From Mustelus asterias (lineage: Eukaryota), in the NCBI RefSeq assembly GCF_964213995.1, contig NW_027590182.1, positions 558,001-622,000 on the forward strand: 64,000 bases of DNA. Reading direction: 5' to 3'. Under the pieces are notes generated by a model. The model had not been told where the DNA came from. It saw nothing but the letters and a program-made list of their open reading frames with translations, and ran no database searches. The first letter of the stretch is position 1. Each line of letters begins with the position of its first letter. Shown piece after piece: positions 1 to 11,072 of this stretch. A program made the position numbers and the translations under genes.

Positions 1-10
1 ATCCCCATAT

Positions 11-853
11 TCACTTGTGAACTTGTTGGTGTTTCAGCAGGGTGGATGAATCACAGAATCCCTTCCCACACTGAGAGCAGATGAACAGTCTCTCCCCGGT
101 GTGAACTCGCTGGTGTGATTGCAGGGTGGATAACCGAGTGAATCTCTTCCCACACACGGGGCAGGTGAACGGCCTCTCTCCAGAGTGAACTCGCTGGTGT
201 CTCCGCAGATTAGATAACTGAGTGAATCCCTTTCCACACTGAGAGCAGGTGAATGGCTTCTCCCCAGTGTGAACTCGCTGGTGTGTCTGCAGGTTTGATA
301 AATGAATGAATCCCTTCCCACACTGAAAGCAACTGTATGGCCTCTCCCCAGTGTGATTGCGCTGGTGTGTCTGCAGGCTGTACAATTGAGTGAATCCCTT
401 CCCACACTGAGAGCAGGTGAATGGTCTCTCCCCAGTGTGAACTCGCTGGTGTGCCCGCAGCTGAGATAACTGAGTGAATCTTTTCCCACATGCAGAGCAG
501 CCGAATGGCCTCTCTCCTGTGTGAACTCGCTGGTGTTTCTGTAGGTTGGATGACTTACTGAATCCCTTCCCACACTGAGAGCAGGTGAATGGCCTCTCCC
601 CAGTGTGAACTCGCTGGTGTGTCTGCAGGCTTGATATCTGAGTAAATCCCTTCCCACACTGACAGCAGGTGAATGCACTCTCACCAGTGTGAACTTGCTG
701 GTGTCTCTGCAGAGTGGATGAATCAATGAATCCCTTCCCACACACCCAGCAGGTGAACGGCCTCTCCCCAGTGTGGCTGTGCCGATGAGCTTCCAGTAGA
801 GAGGGCGCTTTGTATCTCTTCCCACAGTCCTCACATTTCCATGGTTTTTCCAT
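11..853 (-). CDS. C2H2 zinc-finger protein, 10 tandem fingers, no effector domain (unit G1)
   Basis: 280-aa ORF of ten 28-aa C-x2-C-x12-H-x3-H repeats with HTGERP linkers; starts MEKPWKC. Confidence 0.9.
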   Translation of the reverse strand: MEKPWKCEDCGKRYKAPSLLEAHRHSHTGERPFTCWVCGKGFIDSSTLQRHQQVHTGESAFTCCQCGKGFTQISSLQTHQRVHTGERPFTCSQCGKGFSKSSNLQKHQRVHTGERPFGCSACGKRFTQLSQLRAHQRVHTGERPFTCSQCGKGFTQLYSLQTHQRNHTGERPYSCFQCGKGFIHLSNLQTHQRVHTGEKPFTCSQCGKGFTQLSNLRRHQRVHSGERPFTCPVCGKRFTRLSTLQSHQRVHTGERLFICSQCGKGFCDSSTLLKHQQVHK

Positions 854-1179
854 ATTTTCAGTCTCCTTGTATCATTTGAAACCTTGTCCACACAGAGAAC
901 ACGGTATGGTCTCTCCCTGCTGTGAATGCTGCGATGTATTTTCAGGCTGTGTAACTGGTTAAAGCTCTTTCCACACTCAGTGCACTGGAACACTCTCACT
1001 CAGGTGTGTGTTTGTGTCCCGGTGTTTTTCCAGTCACACTGCTGCTTAAAATCTTGCAGTCAAACATTTCTCCTTCCCATTCAGAGGCTGAGGATATTTA
1101 GTTTCCAAGGAATCGAGTGACTCTGTCAGATCGAGATGTGATCGTTAAGATTTATCGGTGTGATTCCTCTTCTAATATC

Positions 1180-1347
1180 CTGTAAAAACAATTTACAAAA
1201 TTCATCACAGTCAGTACAGGATAGAAATTCAGAACAGACAATTCTAGTTTCTGTGGAACATTCTTTCCACTCTCATTCCCCAAAAGCTGTAAATCTCCAT
1301 CCCACACACTCTCCCTCCATTCTCACTCTGCTGTATCTCATATTCAC
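1180..1347 (-). other. 168-nt intron upstream of the G1 zinc-finger exon; mini-exon at about 1348-1440
   Basis: Minus strand donor GG|GTGAAT at 1347 and acceptor TTTTTACAG|GATATT at 1180; same length and sequence in paralog G5 (30554-30721). Confidence 0.7.
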
Positions 1348-1572
1348 CCTCCCAATTCTCCTGAAGGTGCTGATTGAGGCTGATTGACAGATCCATGCTC
1401 ACTGCTTCCTGTCCTGGACACACACAGCTGAAAATCTCCATGCAGACTGCCAGTCTAACAGAAATATAGCGACATTCTCGACTAAAAATGTTTCAAATGG
1501 ATTGATTCAGTTAGTGAAGATACAGGGGGGTTGTGACTGATGATATTGAACTTGCTGCCAACGTGGGTGATC

Positions 1573-1935
1573 ATAGAGTTTTACAGCATGGAAAGAGGCC
1601 CTTCGGCCCATGGTGTTTGTGCCGGCCATCAAGCACCGTTCTATTCTAATCCCATTTTCCACACTTGGTGCGTAACCTTACGTGCTATGGCATTTCAAGA
1701 GCTTACCTAAATTCTTCTTAAATGTTATGATGATTCCCACCTCTACCACCCTTTCATGCAGTGAGTTCCAGATTCCCACCACCGTCTGAGTGAAAAAGCT
1801 TTCCCTCACATCTTCTATAATCCTCCTGCCCCTGAACTTAAATCCAGGCTCCTGGTTATTGACCTCTCTACTAAAGAGAAAAGTTCCTTTCTATCCCCCC
1901 TATCTGTGCCCCTCAGAATTTTATACATCTCAATG
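1573..1935 (-). mobile_element. CR1 LINE 3' fragment (same insertion site as 26646)
   Basis: ORF2 C-terminal remnant (IEMYKILRG) and CR1 3' tail; flanks homologous to 26510-27006. Confidence 0.8.
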
Positions 1936-2047
1936 TTAGGCTGGATAACTTGGGGTTGTTCTCCTTGGAGCAAAGTAGATTGATTGAGGTGTACAAGGGT
2001 ACATGGAGGTGTCAAAGTTTTCATGCTCTGTTTACACGTGTACAAGC

Positions 2048-2150
2048 TCTGACTATGGGTTATCCAGTCTCAAAACGTTGGTTCTATTCTCTCTCCACGG
2101 ATGATGTCAGATCTGCTGAGATTTTCCAGCATTTATTGTTTTTATTTCCT
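2048..2150 (+). mobile_element. Short repeat family B with decayed hammerhead motif
   Basis: ctgactatgggttatccagtctcaaaacgttgg followed by gatgatgtcagatctgctgag; homologous to 12838, 33763 and 52154. Confidence 0.6.
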
Positions 2151-2249
2151 TCTCTGTCACCGCTCTGCCTCATCAATAAGACATTGGGACTCAGAGGGTT
2201 GATGCAGTTTGATGGACAAGTTGTCTCCATTCTGAACACTGGGGAACAA

Positions 2250-2700
2250 GCGCCTCCCGCTGATTGACAACATTGCCCTCCACAAACATGTCGGCCGCAC
2301 ATGCGCACTGCTGCATATTGCCCCCAATAAAGATGGCGAACGTTAACCCGGGACGAACATGAGGAGCTGCAGGCCTGCTCGGTACAAACTGGGTCCGGGA
2401 GGCTCTCTTCCGCATTTTGCGACTCTCACAACATGCTTACACAGCGTTTCCACCCACCTGGACGATCCATTGCTCTCTCCGTACCGCCAATCACCTCGAA
2501 CAGATTTCCGGCCCAAAATAAATGTTTTCCATCGCCATTACTCACACTCGAGTCAAAGTTGGCCCCGCCCCTCGTTCGCTCCTATTGGTTGGAGGACCGA
2601 CCGCTCCAGATCGGTCCTCCAGCACTGCCCCCTCTTCCCATTGGTCCGCGCTGCCGTCAATCAGCCGGACATTGTGACGGTGACTTGCTGTTTGTCCAAT
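2250..2700. promoter_or_regulatory. CpG-island promoter of G1
   Basis: CpG-rich; NRF1-like GCACATGCGCA, YY1 AAGATGGCG at about 2330, GC box at 2561, two CCAAT boxes; inverted homolog of 8700-8900. Confidence 0.75.
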
Positions 2701-4359
2701 AATAATAGTGAGAGAGTCTCAGTGTAACAATGACACACACAGGCTCCAATACAATCAGAGTGGGGATGGAGCACAGAGACAACACAGCAAAGCACTGACT
2801 TACTCTGAGTGTAACAAATACAATGTTTGTTCAAATAATAAGTCATGTTGCAGTATGTTAGTGAACACAGCATTAGATCCAATGTAATGATAATACAGTC
2901 AGTATCTAGTGCACCAGAACCAAAGTTTCGGCTTCATTTGATAGTGTGAGTGAGTCATGGTCTATTGATATAATGTATTTAAATTCCGGTGTGTGTTACT
3001 CTGCCCCACTGTCATTATCAGACAATAACCTATCTGTTATTCCAATTCTGCTGTATTTTACAACTGCAGCTCCTGGGGCTGATTGGAGTCTGGTATAAAA
3101 ATCACAAAGGTCGGTTTCAGTGTCTCTGAGGTCATTTTAACTGCAGATAATCTGACATTAAGGGAGACAAGAGGCCCAACAAACATTTGATTAAAATAGG
3201 AGGACAAAGTGTAAGGGAACAATGATATTTTAAGGTGTCTGTGTTATAGTGAGTGTCACTGGGAGGTGAGTGATAAAATACAAGTGGAAACATCATGACA
3301 GAGACACATGTGACTGACTCGGCCTGACTGAGAGCTGTTATACTCGAGGCGAGAATAATGAGGACATGGGAAACTCCAGGGATTTCTGATATCTGAGGTG
3401 TGTCCGTTAGAGGAACTGAAAATAATCAGTTCCTCCTCATGGTTATCACCAGTTCGCAAGTTACACAGACACACAGGAAAGAGATCTGATGCTCATCAAA
3501 CACAATATTTTAATCTTCTGTTTGAGACACATTATGACCGAAAAGATCAAACATTAAAACCTTAGGAGAGAAACATTCAGAATGTCACAAAGATGAGTGA
3601 ACTGTCCAATTAATCCCATTCACCATAACTCTGCCAATTTACCTTCTGCAAGTATTTATCCAATTCCCTTTGAAAGCTATTATTAAACCTGCTTCTAGCA
3701 CGTGTCAATTTGTGCATTCCAGATCATATCAAGTTATTGTGCAAAAAATTCTCCTTATCACCCCCTTCAGTTCTGTTGTCAATTATATTAAATCTCTGTG
3801 TCCTCTGCTTACAGACCCTCCTGCACCGAGGAAATTGATTCTCTCCATCGACAAACCCTCCTGCTCCTGGGAGATAATTTCTCTCCATTGACACTATCAT
3901 AAATCATTTGTCATTTTAAACACCTCTATTAAATCTCCCCATCACATTCCCTAATCTAAGATGGATAACGCATGTTTTTCCTGCTCTGAAGAATTACATG
4001 GACTCAAAATGTTAACTCTCTGAACAGATGCCGCCGGACCTGCCGGGTTTTTCTGCTTTTCTCCCTGTTTTTCCCTCTATAATCAATCAGAAACTCTTCA
4101 TGATTTTGAACATCTTGATCAAATAGGAACACACAGAGCCTGAGAGAGATACAGAGGAAAGGAGAGACAGAAAGACTGAGAGAAAAATTGAGAAAGATTT
4201 TAAAAAGCAGAAAGATGACGCAATCAAAGATAAAAGCTGAGAAACAGAGGAAACAAGCAATACAGAGAGAATGATATAGAATTTAAGGGAGCAGGCTATC
4301 AGTTCCCAGCTATGGGGAGCAGAGTCGGCATCTCCACATCAGAGCAGAGGGAACTCAGT

Positions 4360-4694
4360 GGGTGGCACGGTAGCACAGTGGTTAGCACTGCTGCTTCACA
4401 GCTCCAGGGACCTGAGCTCGATTCCTGGCTCGGGTCGCTGTCTGTGTGGAGTTTGCACACTCTCCTCGTGTCTGCGTAGGTTTCCTCCGGGTGCTCCTTC
4501 CTTCCTCCAAAGATGTGTGGGTTAGGCTGATTGGCCATGCTAAATTTGCCCCTTAGTGTTCTGAGATGTGTAGGTTAGAGGGATTAGCGGGTAAATATAT
4601 GTAGGGATATGGGGGTAGGGCCTGGGTGGGATTGTGGTCGGTGCAGACTTGATGGGCCGAATGGCCTCCTCCTGCACTGTAGGGTTTCTATGAT
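4360..4694 (+). mobile_element. tRNA-derived SINE (HE1/V-SINE type)
   Basis: A-box TAGCACAGTGG, B-box-like GCTCGATTCC, V-domain tgtgtggagtttgcac, CR1-like tail gatgggccgaatggcct. Confidence 0.85.
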
Positions 4695-5339
4695 TTAGAA
4701 ACTGATCCACAGACACAGCTGGCTATATCTGTGAATGGAAACTCTGAACAGAAATAACTGACTCATTTGTAAATGTCACCACAATGTGACCTGTGAGATT
4801 CTGCCCTGACTCTGTGGACAGATATAGGCCGCATTGACAGATGTTCTCAACAGATTGTTGTCCCTGGATTTATTTTCTGCTCAGAAGTGAGATGTGCGTT
4901 TTTGAACCGGCAGCAGAGAAACAGGAAGTTGTGTTACCTGAGAATGAAACAGCCGGCGTCAGTTTGATGTTATCACTGTGAACAGTCTTCCTGTCTGTGA
5001 GGGTGAACTCACTCTGACAGCATCAAGAACAACCACACAGATTGCTACTGGTCTCAGCATTACATTCAGCTCCATTCCTGTTTTAAACAATAAAGAAAGG
5101 AGATTATTTGGACTTTTAACAGATTCACTGAATTGGGAGATGGACTGAGGGTCATCACTGGGAGAAATGAGGAGGAATTAGAGAACAAATGAGTTTTCCC
5201 AAACAGGGTTATTAGAAAAGAGGAGATTTAAAGTGAGTCAGGGCCTGTCAGAGGAAGTGGGAGAGAGAAACAGAGAGGATTGAATCTCCATCAATTAGAT
5301 GTTTTCTCAGACAGCGAAGAGAGATGAAGTCTGTTTGTG

Positions 5340-5670
5340 CTTTTTCAGAGAGAGGTAATGAGAGAGAGAAAACAATGAATAAGTTTAAGCATTATCTGAA
5401 ATAGGAAGGTTAAATGAGTGAGTGTTTGAAAGAAAGATAGAGAGACATTAAGTGACGAACACAGTATCCGAGAGGAGAGAGGTTAAGTGAATGTGAGACA
5501 GGAGCGAGGTTAGAGTGTAAGAGAGGTGGAAGGTGAGGTAAGTGTGAGTGAATGCCTGGAGAGAGAGAGAGAGACGTTCAGTGAGTGTTAGAGAGATGAG
5601 AGAGGTTAAGTGATTGAGTTTCTGAGAGAGAGGAGATGTTAAGTGAGTGAATGTCTAAAAGAGAGGAGAG
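5340..5670 (+). repeat. Degenerate GA-rich minisatellite (about agagaggttaagtgagtg)
   Basis: Several imperfect copies of gagaggttaagtga interspersed with (GA)n. Confidence 0.5.
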
Positions 5671-6587
5671 CAGGTTCACACCCAGGGGTCACTGAGAATG
5701 ATCAAAATAAGGAGATCACCCAGAAAACTACCAACAGGAAACTTCAGCTGAACACATCACTCATTCTTAAATGGTCAGTCAGGGCTCTGGTGCTGCTCAG
5801 CTTCTCTCTGTTCTGTTTATAATGGTTAAAGGCTGATAGGAGTGAGGTTTATTTAAAAGGATAGTGTATGGGAAGCACACATCAACAAAACTGAGAATTC
5901 TTGGACACACACTGCAGCTCCTTCTCTATCTGGGAATCAAATTGTTGTCTAATTGTCCCAGCAGTTAACAGGGTCCTTTGAACGTCTCCAGCTGCTACTT
6001 TAATGCAGACTTCAAACAATTTATTTGAAGCCAGTTTCTGTTCAATAAACCAGGACTGACACACACACACACATTAAAATGTTTTAGACTTTTTTGCATT
6101 TTTAGTCTGGAAACCTAAACCTGCCGTTTCACTCTCAGTCAGGAATAGATCCCAGTTTTACACCAATCTTTGACAGCACGTTTCCAGCATTCACCATTGT
6201 TCTTCCTGACTCTAAACACAGTTGTAAAGGAGCTTCTGTTCCATGTCTGGGAGCTCTGAACCATGGAAAAGAGCGGCTGGGACACATTTTTTTCACACCT
6301 CAGGATTCACCCACACGGGGACTTTGCTGTCAGTGAAAAGTGACGAAAAAGACCAAAGTGCTGTTTGTCCCTCTCAGCGTGACCCTGAAGGACTGGGTCA
6401 AGAATGAAGTTCTGTTCCTACTGTGTGATCCTCCCTCAGATTGCCCTTTCTGAGCTCCAGCCTGGTGACGTTAAACACTCAAATGGAAAAGACAAAAATC
6501 TACAACAATGATTCAATCAAATGTCTATTTCACATTTATTCAGAATATCAAACCTCAACAGAAGAAAAAAGTCAGAGTGAACATGAT

Positions 6588-7736
6588 TCAGTCCTGGATA
6601 TGATTAACAGCAACGATAAGTGTAGAATCCAAACCTTGCAGTCCCTTGTGAACTCGCCGGTGTGTTAGCAGGTGGGATGACTGAATAAATCCCTTTCCAC
6701 AGACATTACAGGTGAACGGCCTCTCCCCAGTGTGAACTCGCTGGTGTTTCAGAAGATAAGATAAATGAGAAAATCCCTTCCCACAAACAGAGCAGGTAAA
6801 TGGCCTCTCCCCACTGTGAACTCTCTGATGTGTCAGCAGGATAGATGACTGACTGAATCCCTTCCCACACGTGGAGCAGGTGAACGGCCTCTCCCCAGTG
6901 TGAACTCGCTGGTGATTCAATAGGTTGGATGAACGAGTGAATCCCTTCCCACATACGGAGCAAGTGAATGGCCTCTCCTCACTGTGAACCTGCTGCTGTG
7001 TCAGAAGGTTGTATGAACGGGTGAATCCCTTCCCACATTCAGAGCAGGTGAACGGTCGATCCCCTGTGTGGAGTTGCTGGTGTATCAGAAGGTTGGATGA
7101 ATTAATGAATCCCTTCCCACAGTCTGAGCAGGTGAAGGGCCTCTCCCCAGTGTGAATTCTCTGGTGGTTCAATAGGGCAGATGGATGGCTGAATCCCTTC
7201 CCACACACACAGCAGGTGAATGGCCTCTCCCCAGTGTGAGTATATTGGTGCGTCAGCAGATCTTTTTTATTTTTAAAGCTCTTCTCACAGTGGGAACAAT
7301 TAAAAAGTTTGTTATCAGAGTGAACAAGTTGATGTGTCTGCAAGTGGGATGACTGAATGAATCCTTTCCCACACACACAGCAGGTGAACGGTCTCTCCCC
7401 AGTGTGAATACGTTGGTGCGTCAGCAGATCTTTTTTGCATTTAAAACTCTTCCCACAGTCAGAACATGGAGACAGTCTCTCATCAGTGTGAACAAGTTGG
7501 TGTGTCACAATGTGGGATGAGCGAGTGAATCCCTTCCCACACACAGGGCAGGTGAACGGCCTCTCCCCAGTGTGAACCCGTTGGTGAGTCAGAAGGTTGT
7601 ATGAATGGGTGAATCCCTTCCCACAAACAGAGCAGGTGAACGGTCTCTCCCCAGTGTGACTGCGCCGATGAACTTCCAGTTGTGATGGGAAACTGAATCC
7701 CTTCCCACAATCCACACATTTCCACGGTTTCTCCAT
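6588..7736 (-). CDS. C2H2 zinc-finger protein, 13 fingers with finger 9 degenerate (unit G2)
   Basis: 382-aa ORF; finger 9 has His to Gln (LTQQQVH); AATAAA on minus strand at 6535-6540; acceptor TTTTACAG at about 8095. Confidence 0.9.
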   Translation of the reverse strand: MEKPWKCVDCGKGFSFPSQLEVHRRSHTGERPFTCSVCGKGFTHSYNLLTHQRVHTGERPFTCPVCGKGFTRSSHIVTHQLVHTDERLSPCSDCGKSFKCKKDLLTHQRIHTGERPFTCCVCGKGFIQSSHLQTHQLVHSDNKLFNCSHCEKSFKNKKDLLTHQYTHTGERPFTCCVCGKGFSHPSALLNHQRIHTGERPFTCSDCGKGFINSSNLLIHQQLHTGDRPFTCSECGKGFTRSYNLLTQQQVHSEERPFTCSVCGKGFTRSSNLLNHQRVHTGERPFTCSTCGKGFSQSSILLTHQRVHSGERPFTCSVCGKGFSHLSYLLKHQRVHTGERPFTCNVCGKGFIQSSHLLTHRRVHKGLQGLDSTLIVAVNHIQD

Positions 7737-8499
7737 GGTGCTGGTGCCCTTGTGTTTCTCCAGGTTGGATGATCAGTTCAAGCCTCATCCACACACACAA
7801 CATACACGTAGTTTCACCCTGCTGTGAACTGTGATTTTTTTTCAGGCTGTGTAACTGGTTAAAGCTCTTTCCACAGTCGGTTCACTGGAACACTCTCACT
7901 CGGGTGTGTGTTTGTCCTGCTGCTTTTCTGGTCACACTGATGTTGAATTTCTTTGCCCACAGGCAGAACAGACAAATATTGCTCCTTCCACATTCAAAGA
8001 CCGATCATATTCAGCTCCGAAGGAACTGAATGACTTTGTCAGATGTGATGTTCGGTTTGAGTTTTCTGTCTGCCATTCCTTCACTTTGAATATCCTGTAA
8101 AAACAGTTTAGAAAAGTCATCACTGTCAGAACAGGAGAGAAACTCTGAACAATTCTAGTCTTTCTGGAACATTTTTTCCTTTCTTGTTCCCCCAAATCTG
8201 TAAATCTCCGTCCCACACACTCTCCCTCCTCCCTGGGCTGAAATCCAAACCCATCTCACCATTTCTTTCCTCCACTCCCAGTTTTCTCCCTCCCTCTCCT
8301 CTGTCTGGGTTCAGTTCTCCAGCTCCTGTCTGCAGACTGACAATAAAACCAATGGGTCTTATTGGGGCTGTTGGGGCCTCCAGCGGGTGTTTGTGAATCC
8401 TCCCCGCCCACCTCCCAGGGTTTCCTTCCTTCCCAGAGATCAGAGTCCTCATTGATTTGAGGCCAAAGTGTAACCTCTTATTTATTGTCCCCCTCCCCC

Positions 8500-9145
8500 A
8501 TCCTCTGATGTGAACCATCCTCCAGTGGCTGAGCCAGGATGGGGCCGTTAACCTGGGCCTGTTCCCGGGAGGGAGGGAGGGAGAAGCCCCGCAGCTGCAA
8601 ACCAGGGAGCTGACAATGATTCTGAAGGGTTTGCGGATCCACAAAGTGTTTCCAAATCCTCCCAGCCACCGCCTAACGCTGACTCCGCTTCTCCGGGACA
8701 AACAAGCGCCAAGGACAGCAATGACACTGCGCATGCTCCACATCACAATGCCCGGGGACTGATTGACGGCAGCTCTGGACCAATAGGAAGAGGGGGCGGG
8801 ACTGGAGGACCGAGGGGGAGTGGCTGGTCCTCCAACCAATCGGAGTGAATGAGAGGCGGGGCCTGAAGCATGCGCAGTGCGGGTAATGGCGACGGATGGA
8901 CGGTTTTAACTCGGTAGCGAGATCAATACGAGGTAGAGGGCGGCGTGCGGGGAATGATAAATGTGGCGGGTGGGTGGAGAGGCTTTGTAAACATGTTGTT
9001 CAACCCCAAACCCCGGAAATGAACTTCCGGGTCCCCCCCTTTGTACCAAATGGAGCGGCAGCTTGTAGTGTTAGACCCGGGCTGACTGCCGCCATTGAGG
9101 CTGCATGTGGGAGGCCGGCAGGGATTGTGATCGGAGAGTGAAGCC
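8500..9145. promoter_or_regulatory. CpG-island promoter between divergent G2 and G3
   Basis: TGCGCATGC and GCATGCGCA (NRF1-like), CCAAT x2, GGGGCGGG, AATGGCG, paired ETS sites CCGGAA...TTCCGG at 9013-9030. Confidence 0.75.
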
Positions 9146-9146
9146 C

Positions 9147-9310
9147 TGACGTCACAATGGAATGGGTGAGAGTGTGAGGTCACAATGGAATGGGTGGGAG
9201 TGTGAGGTCACAATGGAATGGGTGAGAGTGTGATGTCACAATGGAATGGGTGAGAGTGTGACGTCACAATGGAATGGGTGAGAGTGTGATGTCACAATGG
9301 AATGGGTGAG
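9147..9310 (+). repeat. 28-bp minisatellite, about 5.9 copies, each with a CRE-like site
   Basis: Unit TGA[C/G/T]GTCACAATGGAATGGGTGAGAGTG starting at 9147, 9175, 9203, 9231, 9259 and 9287. Confidence 0.95.
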
Positions 9311-9361
9311 GTTTCCAGATGAGCTGACACTGGGCTGGAGTCGGGCGATGGCACTGACATG

Positions 9362-9669
9362 TGGCCCGGTGGCACAGTGGTTAGTGCAGCTGCCTAACAG
9401 CGCCAGGGACCCGGGTTCAATTCCAGCCTCGGGTCACTGTCTGTGCAGAGTTTCTACATTCTCCCTGTGTCTGGGTGGGTTTCCTCCAGGTGTTCCGGTT
9501 TCCTTCCACAGTCTAAAGATGTGCAGGTTAGACAGATTGGCCATTATAAATTAACCCTTGGCATCAGGGGGATTAACAGGTAAATATGTGGATAGGGCCT
9601 GGATGGGATTGTTGTCGGTGCAGGCTCGATGGGCTGAATGGCCTCCTCCTACAATGTATTTTATGATTC
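9362..9669 (+). mobile_element. tRNA-derived SINE (HE1/V-SINE type)
   Basis: TGGCACAGTGG A box, GGTTCAATTCC B box, V domain, CR1-like tail. Confidence 0.85.
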
Positions 9670-9793
9670 ATTACTGTTAATTAATTAATTACTTTGAATG
9701 AAGGTGGTCTTGATGATGATGTGGACGTGGTTGGAAGCTCATATTGGGATGAACTATTTCACCCTGGTTGTGAACAGCCTAGTTCAGCCTCAG

Positions 9794-10165
9794 ACAGTAA
9801 GTAATCTCACAACACCAGGTTAAAATCCAACAGGTTAATTTGCTGGCATAAGCCACAGGATTTTGGAGCGCTGCTCTTCATCAGGTGAGTGGGAGTTCTA
9901 TTCACAAACAGGGCACAGAGACACAAACTCAATTTACAAAATAATGGTTGGAATGTGAGTCTTTACAGGTAATCAAGTCTTAAAGGTACAGACAATGTGA
10001 GTGGAGAGAGGGTGAAGCACAGGTTAAAGAGATGTGTATTGTCTCCAGCCAGGACAGTTAGTGAGATTTTGCAAGCCCAGGCAATTTGTGGGGGTTACAG
10101 ATAGTGTGAGTTACAGATAGTGTGACATGAACCCAAGATCCCGGTTGAGGCCATCCTCATGTGTG
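9794..10165 (-). mobile_element. Penelope-like element 3' fragment with decayed hammerhead
   Basis: Terminus acagtaagtaatctcacaacaccaggttaaa; homologous to 26093-26508 and 42880-43550; GAAA decayed to AAAA. Confidence 0.75.
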
Positions 10166-10450
10166 ATTGACAGATCCGTGCTCACTGCTTCTTGCCCTGG
10201 ATGCAGAGAGCTGAAAATTTCCATGCAGGCTGCCAGACAAATAAATGTCTACATTACTGGAGTAAAAATGTGTGGAATATACAGACCAAATTCACTTCAT
10301 TCCCTTCAGTTGCTGCAAGTCCCCAATTTCCCCAGAATGAGAAAAGAAATGGAAAGGGGGAAACATTGATTTCCTCCCAGATGTTGTCCAGAAGAGGAAG
10401 TTTCAATCTGAAGCTCATTGGACAACTTCCGCATTGTGACGTCACAATGG
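10164..10450 (-). pseudogene. Relic 5' end (exon 1, intron, mini-exon) of a ZNF unit, opposite in orientation to G3
   Basis: Homologous to 1381-1450, 44085-44220 and 29012-29080. Confidence 0.6.
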
Positions 10451-11072
10451 AGCCTGCCTGAATCAGCGAATAGGAATCTCTCTTCCTACATCAAGAGCTG
10501 ATGTTTCTTGTCCAGATGACCCTTTGTCAAAGCTCTGAAACATCAGTTCTTTTCTCTCCATACAGATGCTGCCAGACCTGCTGAGAATGGGGAGAGAGTG
10601 TGTGGGATGGAGATTTACAGCTTTTGGGGAATGAGAGAGGAAAGAATGTTCCATAGAAATTGTCTGTTCTGAATTTCTATGCTGTACTGACACTGATGAC
10701 TTTTGTAAACTCGTTTTACAGGATATTGAAAGAGGAATCACAGGCCGAAATCTCGAACGTCATGTCTAGACGTGACAGAGTCATATTCCTTGGGACCTCA
10801 ATATCATCGGACTTTGAATCCAGAAGGAGAAATGATTGTCCAGTCTGTCGATTTGAAAAGATTTGAAATGTCAGTGTGAGTGAAAAAGCATCAACACTCT
10901 GCCACACTCGAGTGAGAGTGTTCCAATGCACTGACTAAAGAGCTTTAACCAGTTACACAGTCTGAATAAATATCACACCATTCACAGCGGGGAGAGACTG
11001 TAATCTTGTTCTGAGTGTGGGCGAAGTTTCAACTAATTGTCCAGTCAAGAGAGAGGTAAGGACACCTGCACC

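Noticed and set aside
1348-1441. KRAB, SCAN or BTB effector exon
   Set aside because: No frame of the mini-exon or exon 1 resembles these domains or joins in frame to the finger ORF.
1936-2000. Twin-priming inversion at the CR1 5' end
   Set aside because: The paralogous insertion at 26646 continues uninverted, so this is more likely a later deletion joining an unrelated CR1 fragment.
4360-4430. tRNA genes at SINE heads
   Set aside because: A and B boxes continue into the V domain and LINE tail; no complete cloverleaf.
8126-8839. 237-aa ORF and similar ORFs over CpG islands (29158, 44021, 61322)
   Set aside because: GC-rich promoter or intron sequence is stop-poor; the frames are not conserved between homologous islands.
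9147-9310. CRISPR-like 28-bp repeat array
   Set aside because: Units are contiguous with no unique spacers, there are no cas genes, and the context is eukaryotic.
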